Assembly: GCA_040830765.1 (NCBI GenBank)
Contig: JBFOMH010000004.1
Coordinates: forward strand, 64,001 to 128,000
Origin: Puniceicoccaceae bacterium
GTDB taxonomy: Bacteria > Verrucomicrobiota > Verrucomicrobiia > Opitutales > Oceanipulchritudinaceae
Direction: 5' to 3'
DNA length: 64,000 nucleotides
Of the stretch, positions 19,270 through 29,331 are shown piece by piece (position 1 is the first letter of the stretch; each line of letters begins with the position of its first letter). The notes below the pieces were generated by a model. The model did not search any database, had not been told where the DNA came from, and saw only the letters and a program-made list of their open reading frames with translations. The position numbers were made by a program, and so were the translations under genes.

Positions 19270-19808
19270 ATTAGAAAGGGTCGGTAATCCAGCTCATAGT
19301 GAAGATCATTGGGCCTCTGGCCGATACATCGAGCAGGATTCCCAGCCATGATATTGTACGGTTCAACATCCTTGCTTACAACGGTCCCTGCGGCAACAAT
19401 CGCGCCTTCCCCAATCGTTGTTCCCGGAAGGACAATTGACCCGTAGGCTAACCAGGCATGGTCTTTGATTACCACAGCTCCCCCTTTGTCAGAAAAGTCT
19501 GCCGATGCGGGATCGTGTCCTAAGGTCAATACTGTGGCCTTGGGTCCTATCGATACATTGCTTCCAATTGTAATTTCATGGCGACGGCCATCCAGCAGAG
19601 TTCCGAAATTGACCACAACCCGGTTTCCTAAGTGGACATTCCTGCCATGTAGAAAGCGGCAATGCATCTGCACGTTTGTATTATTGCCCAAAGATCCCAA
19701 ATACCAGCCAAGGAAAATACGCCGAAGCGTACGCGAGGGAATATGCCCGAGGACCTCGTTGTAGCACCAGGCGCTAATTGAACCTCCGATTAGGTTAAGG
19801 CTTCTCAT
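19266..19808 (-). CDS. Hexapeptide-repeat (LbH) sugar O-acetyltransferase
   Basis: ITIGSNVSIGP, TLGHD, LPGTTIGEGAIVAAGTVVSKDV, GNPAR. Start ATG 19808 overlaps the upstream stop (ATGA). Confidence 0.88.
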   Translation of the reverse strand: MRSLNLIGGSISAWCYNEVLGHIPSRTLRRIFLGWYLGSLGNNTNVQMHCRFLHGRNVHLGNRVVVNFGTLLDGRRHEITIGSNVSIGPKATVLTLGHDPASADFSDKGGAVVIKDHAWLAYGSIVLPGTTIGEGAIVAAGTVVSKDVEPYNIMAGNPARCIGQRPNDLHYELDYRPFLI

Positions 19809-20764
19809 GCTATCACGCCTTCCCTGGAAAGGGATTTGAATTTTCCTTTCCAAAGGGTCACCATGGAAACAGCCAGACTTCCTAGAACGAATTTGAAGTG
19901 ACCCAAAAATATTTCTGTGCGCAGGATCCCCAACCAGTATCTCAGGAAAATCCCTCTACTTCCCGTTCGAGCCAAGTCCACCAAAACAGGCCTCAGGTAA
20001 CGGCTGGCAACATAGCTTTGTTGACGCGCTGAGCGAGAAGTGCTTGCGTAAAACCCGCTTCGAGCCCTGTTGTAGACCGTCATACAATCATCGAGTTGTC
20101 CTTTCCTTAACTTCGAAACGGAATCTTCTCTCTGGCGATAACCAAGAAGAACAGGGCGTTCGATCAAGACCATCGGGCCAACCTCCGATAATTTAAGATA
20201 AATGTCTCCATCCTCGAGATTACCCAAATGCTCATCATAACCGCCGCATTGTGTAAATACATCCCGCCGAATGGCATGTGTTCCAGTATGAATTTCCATA
20301 TATTTCCTGTAAGTACTGAGGAAGTTGGAATAAACAAAAGTGACAGGATGCTCTGCCGCATGCAGGGTTAACCGAGTTGGATTATCCAACTCGATATCCG
20401 CGGTAAATGGGATGCTTTTTCCAATGACCCATGGTGGGTTTTCGTTTGATTCAATGCATTTGGCGAAGTTGCTCAACACCCATGGGAACCAAATGTCGTC
20501 CGCGTCCAGAAAGCACAAGTAATCTCCCCTGGCGATTGAAGCACCATGATTTCTGGCTGCCCCTACCCCCTTTCCAGGGTTCGTGAGTATTTGTTTCGGA
20601 TGCCCTGAAAGTCTAACCAGTTCAAGTGTGTCATCAGTTGAATGGTCATCAACGATAATCACTTCAAAGGATTTGTAATCCTGGCTGTGAATGGATTCCA
20701 ACGTCCGCCGAACAAAGGCTCCGGCGTTAAAAGTGGGAATCACTACACTGAATTGGATTCCCAT
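19805..20764 (-). CDS. Glycosyltransferase, GT2 family
   Basis: FSVVIPTFN, VDDHSTD, AARNHG, FLDADD. Confidence 0.9.
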   Translation of the reverse strand: MGIQFSVVIPTFNAGAFVRRTLESIHSQDYKSFEVIIVDDHSTDDTLELVRLSGHPKQILTNPGKGVGAARNHGASIARGDYLCFLDADDIWFPWVLSNFAKCIESNENPPWVIGKSIPFTADIELDNPTRLTLHAAEHPVTFVYSNFLSTYRKYMEIHTGTHAIRRDVFTQCGGYDEHLGNLEDGDIYLKLSEVGPMVLIERPVLLGYRQREDSVSKLRKGQLDDCMTVYNRARSGFYASTSRSARQQSYVASRYLRPVLVDLARTGSRGIFLRYWLGILRTEIFLGHFKFVLGSLAVSMVTLWKGKFKSLSREGVIA

Positions 20765-21685
20765 TTATAAACACTTATTCTCAGCTTTAAGCACATCTTG
20801 AGCCTCGCTCAAAGGCATAGGTCCATGCCTCTTCAGACGATTATATAGCTTGTAGGAACAATTCGATACTGGTTTCCGCTCATTTTTTAAGGTGCCGGCA
20901 AGCGAGCTGAATCCCAGATAATAACCATGTAGGGTCCGCAAAAGACGACCATTCCTTGCCCCAAACACTAGACCCTTGTACATGGTGCCAAGCAAGTTTA
21001 GGAGAACTTGGTGCCCTGGCGCATTGTAGGCATGGAAAAGGATGTCGTTGCGCCTTCCAAAGATGTCCGCAAACCGGGTATTTCTGGCTGCCGACTGCAT
21101 GTGCTGGACAATATCTGTCTTGACCATTCCGGTGAAAATTCCGTTGTCCAAAAAGCGAAGGGTCAAATCATCCTCCTCATTCATAAACCGAATGATCGTC
21201 CGGAAAGGACCGTATTTTTCAAAGCATGAACGGCGCAGGGCATAGGCAGCAGCGACAAAAGAAAACGTCACCCAGTTTTCCTTGTCGTCCGGTGCCATGC
21301 AATGAACCTCCGGGGATTGCAGCACATTGGCAAATGGCAAGGCTAGTGCACCGATACTTTCATTTTTCAGGGAATCAAAGACGGACAGCACGGTCTCATC
21401 ACTTTGAACAATTGTGTCGTCATCCAAGCCGATGACAATATCATTCCTGGCAGCCTGAATACCAAGGTTTCGGATGGCTGCAGGACCTATGTTCTTTTCC
21501 GGGCAAATGTGGCGGACACCCGGGTATGCCTCCCTGAGCAGTTCACCAGTTCCATCACTGGAAGCATCATCTGCGACAATTACTTCGTCCGGTTCCCACT
21601 TTTCCATGACGGCATCCAAGGCATGGGCGAGCATGTCCTTCCGGTTGCAGGTGGAGAAAATGACGGTGTAAGGAGTTTTTTTCAT
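20765..21685 (-). CDS. Glycosyltransferase, GT2 family
   Basis: TCNR, ADDASSDGT, IRNLG, LDDD, NEEDDL. Confidence 0.88.
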   Translation of the reverse strand: MKKTPYTVIFSTCNRKDMLAHALDAVMEKWEPDEVIVADDASSDGTGELLREAYPGVRHICPEKNIGPAAIRNLGIQAARNDIVIGLDDDTIVQSDETVLSVFDSLKNESIGALALPFANVLQSPEVHCMAPDDKENWVTFSFVAAAYALRRSCFEKYGPFRTIIRFMNEEDDLTLRFLDNGIFTGMVKTDIVQHMQSAARNTRFADIFGRRNDILFHAYNAPGHQVLLNLLGTMYKGLVFGARNGRLLRTLHGYYLGFSSLAGTLKNERKPVSNCSYKLYNRLKRHGPMPLSEAQDVLKAENKCL

Positions 21686-22632
21686 TCAGGTATTCCCTTA
21701 ACCCTCTTGACTATACTTGCACTGTAGAGACCAAATAGAAGGGCATCCTTGGCACTTTTTTGGTAGGATTTGAACAATCTTTTATTCAATTGAGGCTTCC
21801 TCATATCCCGGATTTCTCTTGCTTGACTTGTTCCGTACAAAGCGGTTTTGCGGAAGTATCGATGCCAAAGTGTTCCCATTGGGTGAAAGAAACGGGAGGC
21901 CGGGTCCCACGGCTTGGGATAATCGACAAAATGTAAATGGCAACCTTTCCCTCGGGTTGGAGCCTTCAAACATGGCCACCATCTGCGCCCATTGGTGTGC
22001 ACGTTGTATTGTTCCGGAAGCGGTTTGATTCGGTTTCTTAAGATGTAATTCATGGCTGACTGGTCATGAAATTGTGGTTGGTGCTCCGAGACGAAAGTAA
22101 GGCATTTTTCAGTAAGGCCTTCCTCTTTCCACTTTATAGCATCCACAAGCAGGACACCGGCATTGAAATATGGGTGATCTTCGGGGACTTCATTGAGCAA
22201 ATTACGGACCGTCGAGTCGATGCAGTTCCCAACTAGAGCCTCGGGAACCATTCCGACTGGGCAATCGCCTAGGTCTTCCTCAAAAAGAGGGGCCAAGTTT
22301 GTCCGGCAGAGCATGTCTACATCGAGATAGAGAAACCTCTCCAAATCCAGCAAATGGGGTACCAGTAGCCGATAGTACGTCGCCAGACTTTCGTTCAGGG
22401 AAGGAAAAGTATTAAAGCGTTCAGAATCTATCCTGTATAGTTGTACCTCAAAGCCCTTGTTCAGTGGGCAGAGCGTCTCTTGGAGCATTTCCAAGTCCTC
22501 TTCTGTCAAGTCATCGCTGAAGATATGGAACTGGACGTCATCAGCGCTTGCACATGAATTCTCCAACAATGAGTAAGCGACAACGTGCAGTCCATCCAGC
22601 ATTCTACGATCAAGACAGAATACAATGTCCAT
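21682..22632 (-). CDS. Glycosyltransferase, GT8 family
   Basis: TYYRLL, LYLDVD, YFNAGVLL, HDQSAMN, LHFVDYPKPW. Confidence 0.92.
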   Translation of the reverse strand: MDIVFCLDRRMLDGLHVVAYSLLENSCASADDVQFHIFSDDLTEEDLEMLQETLCPLNKGFEVQLYRIDSERFNTFPSLNESLATYYRLLVPHLLDLERFLYLDVDMLCRTNLAPLFEEDLGDCPVGMVPEALVGNCIDSTVRNLLNEVPEDHPYFNAGVLLVDAIKWKEEGLTEKCLTFVSEHQPQFHDQSAMNYILRNRIKPLPEQYNVHTNGRRWWPCLKAPTRGKGCHLHFVDYPKPWDPASRFFHPMGTLWHRYFRKTALYGTSQAREIRDMRKPQLNKRLFKSYQKSAKDALLFGLYSASIVKRVKGIPE

Positions 22633-22654
22633 AAAGAGCCTCTTTTCCTCGATT

Positions 22655-22662
22655 CTACCGCC
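22655..22662 (-). promoter_or_regulatory. ops-like element (GGCGGTAG) in an intergenic spacer
   Basis: Exact 8-nt ops core on the coding strand in the 37-bp gap between the GT4 and GT8 genes. Confidence 0.3.
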
Positions 22663-22669
22663 CCACGGA

Positions 22670-23794
22670 TTATTTGGCGGCTTCGGTCAGTACAGTTGTA
22701 ATCTCTCCTGCCCAGTTGGGGTTCAGTAATCCCTTTATCTGCCGATGTGCATTGAGGCCAAAAGCCTTCCAGTCGGCCCGATGTGACCAGGCCCGCTCAA
22801 GCGCTTCACGGAGCACCTCCGGATGCATTCCGGGGCAGACAAAACCCGACTTGCCGTCCTCAACAATTTCCGGACTGCCACCGGCCCGGGTTACGAGAGC
22901 CGGACGCCCGCATGCCATTGACTCAATGATGGACAATGGCATACCTTCGCGACGGGAAGGAAGAATATGCAAATGATGATTCCTCCATATGTCCCGGAAG
23001 TCGGAGACGTAGCCGCCCAATTGTGCCTTTCCTGTAAGCCCGTAGTGACGAATTAATGCTTCTATGTGGGCCTTGTCGTCACCCGAACCATAGAAAGTAA
23101 GATTCCAGGGCCGGTCTTTCCACGCTTCCCCTGACAAGGCCTCCAGCAGGTGATCCTGCTGTTTGTCGGCCACCTCCAGCCTCCCCACCTCTGCAAAATG
23201 GAAGACCTCTTCAGGCGGCCAATCAAGGGGGTTATCAACCGGATCCCGGAGGGGATTCATGATGATTCTGGCATTTGGAAACTTCCAGGCCATCTGGCGT
23301 TCAGCCAGTCCGTAATTGTGCCGGGAGAGGAATATGACCGTTTTAAATCCGCTATAATACTTCCTGAGTGCCTGACGCTCCCATTCCAAGGTAACCAGTC
23401 CCTCAGCATTAGCCTGCACAAAGGCCACTTTGGGGATGTTCGTCTCTTCCAGGGAACGGAGTAAATCAGGAATCCAAATTGTATCAGCAATCCCCCCTTG
23501 GGAAACGAAAACCACATCCAATGGTTGATTGAGAAAGCGCTTGAAGCGGGATTGGAGTCCTTTACCGGCCAACCGTCTGGTCAGTCCGGTTAAGTCCTTC
23601 CTGGTCATGAATTCTGCTTTCTTTGCCCGCAGCGCCTCCGCCTGGTGAGATCCGGCAATACGTTCCGAGCAGCAGATCGATACTGCGTGACCGGAATCCA
23701 GGGCATGGTCGGCCAGTATCCGCCAGGTTTCCTCACTCCCGGCCCAGTCGCAGTGGTTGCCCAACGTTGAAATAATACCAATCTTCATTGTCAT
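22670..23794 (-). CDS. Glycosyltransferase, GT4 family
   Basis: VGRLEVADKQQD, LPSRREGMPLSIIESMACGRP. Confidence 0.9.
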   Translation of the reverse strand: MTMKIGIISTLGNHCDWAGSEETWRILADHALDSGHAVSICCSERIAGSHQAEALRAKKAEFMTRKDLTGLTRRLAGKGLQSRFKRFLNQPLDVVFVSQGGIADTIWIPDLLRSLEETNIPKVAFVQANAEGLVTLEWERQALRKYYSGFKTVIFLSRHNYGLAERQMAWKFPNARIIMNPLRDPVDNPLDWPPEEVFHFAEVGRLEVADKQQDHLLEALSGEAWKDRPWNLTFYGSGDDKAHIEALIRHYGLTGKAQLGGYVSDFRDIWRNHHLHILPSRREGMPLSIIESMACGRPALVTRAGGSPEIVEDGKSGFVCPGMHPEVLREALERAWSHRADWKAFGLNAHRQIKGLLNPNWAGEITTVLTEAAK

Positions 23795-24819
23795 TCAAAT
23801 TCGTTCACTGGAGCCAGACCCGCCCCAATTGCCAAGGTTTGCTCATTCTTACCATGCGGACGTGGTTTCAAGGCTTTCTCAAGTGGTAGGAGGGGATCCA
23901 TTCTTAACACCTTCCGTTTCACCCTATCCTTCAAATCGAGTATATTATGATAATAATCGGGATATAGTTCCAGCATTCCATTGACCGGGTTTGATGGCGA
24001 AGGCACCGGCCAATCGTTCTGGTTGCAATAACGGACATGCCGCCAAAGCCTGCGGCTGAGGGCCCTCCGCGTATCCGTGTGTAAGTCATTTAGTTGTCCA
24101 TTGAGCGATTCACCCAGTAACTCTAGGAAGCGTGTCTGATCCCTTGCTTGTTTTTCGCGGGCCCTCCCGCCTGTTGTCAACTGATCGGGGGCATTGGTCC
24201 TGTAAAATACAAGGCTCTCAGGTGTGTAAACCGAGCGCGCCCCAGCGCGCAAAATGCGAATGAAGTATTCAGTGTCTTCACTATTCCAGATTTCCGTGAT
24301 GAAGCGGCCCGCCCTTTCGAGGGCACTTTTTCGAATCAGGCAGGTCTGCAAGATAATACACCAGTTCCCCAATGCCCATTCCCACAATGGTTTCCAACGG
24401 GGTGCAGGTTCCGCCTGCAATACGGGGCCGGCAAAACGGATGGTCCGATCCTTGAACTCAGTCCGGACCCACGGGCCATAAGCCAAGTCCGCACCGGTTG
24501 TTTCCAGGGCAGCCGCTTGTACCTCAAGTTTGTTCATGCTGGAAAGGTCATCGCTGTCCATAAACTGGACATAGTCACCCGTTGCGGCTTCCAAGCCAAG
24601 ATTGCGGGCTGCGCCAGGGCCTTCATTCGCTGCTTCAATTAATTGTACCTTATTTCCATAGGAGCGGATAACGCTCAAGGAAGCATCAGTCGATCCGCTG
24701 TCCACGACAATCACCTCATCCGGAGGACGGCTTTGGTGGAGCATGTTCTCAACGGTCAATCCGAGGCAGTGGGCCCGGTTATAGTTGGGAATGATGACAC
24801 TGATTGTTGGCACGGGCAA
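23791..24819 (-). CDS. Glycosyltransferase, GT2 family
   Basis: ISVIIPNYNR, VDSGSTD, AARNLG, FMDSDD. ORF extends to 24894 but the likely start is TTG 24819 or GTG 24813, after the upstream stop. Confidence 0.88.
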   Translation of the reverse strand: MPVPTISVIIPNYNRAHCLGLTVENMLHQSRPPDEVIVVDSGSTDASLSVIRSYGNKVQLIEAANEGPGAARNLGLEAATGDYVQFMDSDDLSSMNKLEVQAAALETTGADLAYGPWVRTEFKDRTIRFAGPVLQAEPAPRWKPLWEWALGNWCIILQTCLIRKSALERAGRFITEIWNSEDTEYFIRILRAGARSVYTPESLVFYRTNAPDQLTTGGRAREKQARDQTRFLELLGESLNGQLNDLHTDTRRALSRRLWRHVRYCNQNDWPVPSPSNPVNGMLELYPDYYHNILDLKDRVKRKVLRMDPLLPLEKALKPRPHGKNEQTLAIGAGLAPVNEFE

Positions 24820-24823
24820 ATTA

Positions 24824-25429
24824 TTAACCTTTACTGAGAGGCTTTGCCGGGACGCCTCCCCATCTCTCACCGGCCGGGATGCTCCGGTTGACAACGGCTC
24901 CGGCTCCTATGACGGCGTTATCTCCTATCTCGACTCCAGGAAGGACAACAACATGGCTGCCCAGCCAAACGTTTCTCCCAATGACAATATCCCCTCCCCG
25001 GTAGCCCTGCTCAGCATACGGTACATCCTCCTTATCAATCCGGTGATTAACTGTGATGAGGTAACAATGGGCACCGATCATGCTGTAGTCCCCCACTACT
25101 AGATTATGGCAGGAACCAAGGAAAGAATACGGACCCACATAAGACTTGTATCCTAAACTGATTCTCCCGATGGACCCTTGAGACTCCCCAAGCCAAATGA
25201 TGACCTCCTTATCCATTTGTGCCCTTTCGGCCAGGAGCAGTCTCTCCGGAAATGCCTTTCCGCACCGGATTCTCACAGATGGTTCAATTAACCGTCCCCC
25301 GCGACGCATACGCCAAAGCCAGCGCCACTTCCGGTAGCCCCCGACAACATCCGGATGTGGTGATGCCAAACAAGACAGTGGTGCAAATCCCCTGTATTTC
25401 GCATGAAGGTATCGACTCAATCGGCTCAT
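24824..25429 (-). CDS. Hexapeptide-repeat (LbH) O-acetyltransferase
   Basis: ITVNH, IVIGRNVWLG, LPGVEIGDNAVIGAGAVV, GGVPAK. Confidence 0.88.
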   Translation of the reverse strand: MSRLSRYLHAKYRGFAPLSCLASPHPDVVGGYRKWRWLWRMRRGGRLIEPSVRIRCGKAFPERLLLAERAQMDKEVIIWLGESQGSIGRISLGYKSYVGPYSFLGSCHNLVVGDYSMIGAHCYLITVNHRIDKEDVPYAEQGYRGGDIVIGRNVWLGSHVVVLPGVEIGDNAVIGAGAVVNRSIPAGERWGGVPAKPLSKG

Positions 25430-26625
25430 CCGTTTTGTTTGACTGGCCAGGTTTCCACAAGCTCACTTATCTTCCGTACCAATCCGGCATGGATTTTGTC
25501 GGGATGAAAGCGATCGTTGTACATGCCCATGGCATTGGCTATTAATCTTTTACGCCTGTCCGGTTGCTCCGCCAAGCCCTTAATCGCCAATGAACAAGCT
25601 GTGGGATCGGGATTCGTGACACACTCAGCCGAGTCAAATTCCCGGGCAACCCTTACGGCACTGCAGTATTCCGGGCCCCATACAAGGATGGGGCGGCGAA
25701 AGGAAAGGTAATCGAGGAACTTGGTCTTGAAACTTGTCCGCTCGACAATTTCCACCGAGGGATCAAATCCCATCGGAAGGAGTAACAGGTCGGCCTTTCC
25801 TGCTTCTTCAGAGAGGCGATCAAAACTGACCTGGCCCCCGTAGACCCCGTTGTCTTTTGCCCAATTATCGAAATCAGAGCTCCAGGATGCCATGGAGCCG
25901 AAAATTCGGAACTCCACCTGTGGGTGATGCTCCCGGCATTTAACCACAACATCCTCGACCATTTTACCGTACCACTCACCAAGGCTGCCTCCAAAGAAAA
26001 CCCGAAACGGCCGTTCCTTCTCCGGCATGCGTGGTTCGTAGTTATCAGGTGCCTCCGGCATTGGCGCACCTGTCGGATACCAAATGTGGGCATTCGGATG
26101 CTCCCCCAATGCTTCCCGCATTCCCTCAGATGTACACAGGGCTAGATCGCATTCCCGGTAAAAACGCCGAAATCGTCTTTCAATCGCTTTATGAAAGAAT
26201 TTATGCGGAGGAAACCAACCGAAATCATACCAGTCGTTGAAGCTCGCTACCAAAGGTACTCGTAACGATTGTGAAAGTTTTTGGGCAACTAATGCCGTCC
26301 ATGACCAACTACCAGCAACAGTAAATATTATTTGTGCTTGAAAGTTAGAGGCGGCCTGAACGAGATCACCACAAATCATGCCATTCCGCCAGAGGTACTC
26401 GAATCCTCCGACCCAAGGAAGTAACCTAGTTCGATGAACTCTCTGAAGCCATTCTGGGTCTTTAAACTGCTCCAGTTGATAACCCATTTGGAAATTCTCC
26501 ATTTCTGGAAAATTAGTTGCTACCAAAATTTCAAACTCCGTGGCTTCGACAAAGTGTCGATAAAAGGTCATGGCCCCACCCCACGTTGGTAACGGGGGGC
26601 AATAACTCAAAAATAATACCCTCAT
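25426..26625 (-). CDS. Glycosyltransferase, GT4-like
   Basis: MRVLFLSYCPPLPTWGG, FFGGSL, ADLLLLP, SFKTKFLDYLSFRRPILVWGP. Confidence 0.75.
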   Translation of the reverse strand: MRVLFLSYCPPLPTWGGAMTFYRHFVEATEFEILVATNFPEMENFQMGYQLEQFKDPEWLQRVHRTRLLPWVGGFEYLWRNGMICGDLVQAASNFQAQIIFTVAGSWSWTALVAQKLSQSLRVPLVASFNDWYDFGWFPPHKFFHKAIERRFRRFYRECDLALCTSEGMREALGEHPNAHIWYPTGAPMPEAPDNYEPRMPEKERPFRVFFGGSLGEWYGKMVEDVVVKCREHHPQVEFRIFGSMASWSSDFDNWAKDNGVYGGQVSFDRLSEEAGKADLLLLPMGFDPSVEIVERTSFKTKFLDYLSFRRPILVWGPEYCSAVRVAREFDSAECVTNPDPTACSLAIKGLAEQPDRRKRLIANAMGMYNDRFHPDKIHAGLVRKISELVETWPVKQNG

Positions 26626-27521
26626 GTGTGGTATGGTCTATGTCTAAATAGTTGTCTTACCCTTGTAATAAAATTTGAATTTCTCAGCCAAAGCACAAAA
26701 TAAACAACATATCTTTTCAGAGTAGTTTTCCATCTAGCAACATGGAACTCGGGTATGCTGAATCCCTCTTTAACCAAAATGTTAAATTGCTCTTCCCAGC
26801 CTTCGATTTTATTACTATTTGAAATAGCATTAAGTTCACTGACCCATGATAAAAATTGGGGGTCTTTCACTGCACTCTTCCATCTTGAATTTAATTGTTC
26901 TAATGAAGGGGCCTGTTTATCGCCCGGCCGAAAGCTGCTCCCGCCTCCATAACGGACATCAACACAATTCAACTTCACCGGGACATAGTTTAAATTGGTT
27001 TGGTCGCAGATTAGAGATTTTTCAGATTCACTTGAAATAAACTTTTCAAATTCAACAACTATTAGTTCAGTTCCAAATTTCTTTTTCCAGAATTTCCTAG
27101 ATTCACTGTAACAAATATACTGCCAGTAAAGCTCGGGAATAGACATCCCTGAAAAAAACAGTGGTTTAGTCATATTCGATTTTACCCTTGAGGCGAAAAC
27201 ATTCATTGCGCTTCGATGTACTAGAAAATCGACCACATTAATAGTTTCACTTTTAGAGTAATAACGAATCCACTTTTGAGGGCCAACTAGATCTAAATTC
27301 CGATCTTCAAATGAAAGTACAATATACTTATTGAGCTTACTTTTTCCAAACTCTTTATCAGGAGGATTGAGCTCAGGGTCATTAGGATAGACATTATTGA
27401 AGAATCTAACATGCCCATCTATTTGAGATAAGAGCCAGTTGATAAAGACATGGTTTCCTGAACGGCGTAATCCAAACACCCGGAATATTGTTATTGTTTC
27501 CACAGTGTTAGATAATCTCAA
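26622..27521 (-). CDS. Sulfotransferase-like P-loop protein
   Basis: N-terminal FGLRRSGNHVFINW resembles a 5'-PAPS-binding loop; HRSAMNVFASR resembles the 3'-PB motif. Adjacent to two sulfotransferases; AT-rich. Confidence 0.5.
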   Translation of the reverse strand: MRLSNTVETITIFRVFGLRRSGNHVFINWLLSQIDGHVRFFNNVYPNDPELNPPDKEFGKSKLNKYIVLSFEDRNLDLVGPQKWIRYYSKSETINVVDFLVHRSAMNVFASRVKSNMTKPLFFSGMSIPELYWQYICYSESRKFWKKKFGTELIVVEFEKFISSESEKSLICDQTNLNYVPVKLNCVDVRYGGGSSFRPGDKQAPSLEQLNSRWKSAVKDPQFLSWVSELNAISNSNKIEGWEEQFNILVKEGFSIPEFHVARWKTTLKRYVVYFVLWLRNSNFITRVRQLFRHRPYHT

Positions 27522-27554
27522 TAAACTGGATTAATGACTCAATGCCTAAACTGT

Positions 27555-28403
27555 TCACTCGAAGTAGCTTAACCTGCTCGATGGAAAAATTTTCTGGGAT
27601 AATCGTTTTCTTAGTTTATAGGTCAGCCGATTAGATAACTCTATTAGATTACTACACCTGTAGTCAAATTGTTCAATCAGGTATGGATATTCAGAGATCC
27701 ATGGCGAATCATCGAAACGAACATTAAAGGACTCTCTAGCAAGTTGATACAATTCCTTATCTTTTTCCATAGATGAGAGTATTTTTTGATTCAACTTTTG
27801 GTTATCAGTATGCCTTAAATTCCTCCTTGTTGTGTTCATTTTTACAAAGGAGCAATCCTTGAAGTATTCAGGATATTGTTTTTCTAGGAGAATACATGCA
27901 TCCTTAAATCTTTCCAATGGAATGAGCATCAGCAGGTTCTGTTCAATCAATCTTTTCAGAAATCCAAAATCAAACTCACCTTCTCGACCAAACAAATGGT
28001 AACATTGACCATTTTTTAGGTCTTGCTTTGGATTTCTGAAAAGAACCTCTTCAGTATATTGCTCTAAGTCTAGTTGCTTCGCTTCCAGATCGAAGCATGT
28101 TTCGCTTTGTTTACGACAATAGTAATAATGTGACAAAAACCGTTCAACTGGATTTCTAACAAATGCAATGACCTTTAAATTTTGACTATCCCAAGGTAAT
28201 CTAAGGCTCAGTTTGTGATCAGATAGACACTGGCAGTTTGGAAATTGTGACAGAATCTCGCTAACTTGACTTGCTGAATACTTGAATGTGCGATCGCTCA
28301 ACACTGACCGACCATCTAGGAACGATTCTTTAAAATTTGCCCTCAAAATCGACGTAAATGTCGTACCCGCGCACTTTGGAATATGAATATTTATAAACTT
28401 CAT
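27555..28403 (-). CDS. Sulfotransferase (Sulfotransfer_2-like)
   Basis: IHIPKCAGTT (5'-PSB) and FVRNPVERFLSHYYY (3'-PB). Likely start MKFINI at 28403 (ORF track starts 28430). Confidence 0.88.
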   Translation of the reverse strand: MKFINIHIPKCAGTTFTSILRANFKESFLDGRSVLSDRTFKYSASQVSEILSQFPNCQCLSDHKLSLRLPWDSQNLKVIAFVRNPVERFLSHYYYCRKQSETCFDLEAKQLDLEQYTEEVLFRNPKQDLKNGQCYHLFGREGEFDFGFLKRLIEQNLLMLIPLERFKDACILLEKQYPEYFKDCSFVKMNTTRRNLRHTDNQKLNQKILSSMEKDKELYQLARESFNVRFDDSPWISEYPYLIEQFDYRCSNLIELSNRLTYKLRKRLSQKIFPSSRLSYFE

Positions 28404-28404
28404 T

Positions 28405-29313
28405 TTATCGCTGCTTTTGCCAAAAGTCATCAGATTTCCCGCAGAGTCTATGAAGCTTTATTGAATCATCATGAACATAGTCCAAAAATTCCTTCACATC
28501 ATCTGCTTGAATGTCCGGCGGTGGTATTTTGACTGATCTATGGGCAAGTTGCTTTCGAAGTCTCACTCGAACACTATTGGGAAGAAGAGAACTTAAACGC
28601 TTTGCATATCTATTTTGGAGAACTAATTTTACTGAACTTCTTGGTACCTTTCGTTCGGTTGAACTATTACGCTGCTCCCGGATACCTTGGTCCCACTTCG
28701 AAAAATTTAGCCCAAGAAAGCTCATTATCCTGCGTACCTCAGATTCCTTATTAATTCTCCAATCTTCCAAATAGGAAACAATCGTTTGGCCCTGTGGAAA
28801 GTAATCAAAATAAGACTCTAATTGCCAATAGAATCGCGTAGTATCCCATTGATTCACCTGCTTTTGCTTATTCAACCAGTTACTAAAACCATCCAATGCC
28901 CAGGCCTCCTCGGTTTTCGGTGTCCGGGTCTGATCCTTGCCGAAAGCATACTGCATCTTCCAGGCTGAAACCTGTCTCTGCAGTGGATTGCGAACCATGT
29001 ATATCAGGCGCATTTCAGGATTAAATTTGTATATCCTCTTTGCCGTGTTCGGGGACCTGCTTCTATCAGAGTAAGATGGGGTACCCTCTCCTATCGAAGC
29101 CTCTCCATTATAATGACTGAACGCCTTTTTATACCAATCCCAACCTTTTTCGTAATTCAGGTTTGGTTGAAAATCAATCGTGTCCTGGAAGTAGGAAATT
29201 TCCTTTGGCCGGCTAAAACAGCAATCAGGATGTGAATCCAAAATCGACGCTAAGGCTGTTGTCCCACACTTCGCTGATCCTATTATTAAAAAATTTGGGA
29301 TTGATGCTTCCAT
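28405..29313 (-). CDS. Sulfotransferase (heparan-sulfate sulfotransferase-like domain)
   Basis: PNFLIIGSAKCGTTAL, KEISYF, WYKKAF, GEGTPSY, MVRNPLQRQVSAW. Confidence 0.9.
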   Translation of the reverse strand: MEASIPNFLIIGSAKCGTTALASILDSHPDCCFSRPKEISYFQDTIDFQPNLNYEKGWDWYKKAFSHYNGEASIGEGTPSYSDRSRSPNTAKRIYKFNPEMRLIYMVRNPLQRQVSAWKMQYAFGKDQTRTPKTEEAWALDGFSNWLNKQKQVNQWDTTRFYWQLESYFDYFPQGQTIVSYLEDWRINKESEVRRIMSFLGLNFSKWDQGIREQRNSSTERKVPRSSVKLVLQNRYAKRLSSLLPNSVRVRLRKQLAHRSVKIPPPDIQADDVKEFLDYVHDDSIKLHRLCGKSDDFWQKQR

Positions 29314-29331
29314 TTTGAGCAGACTGCTTAA

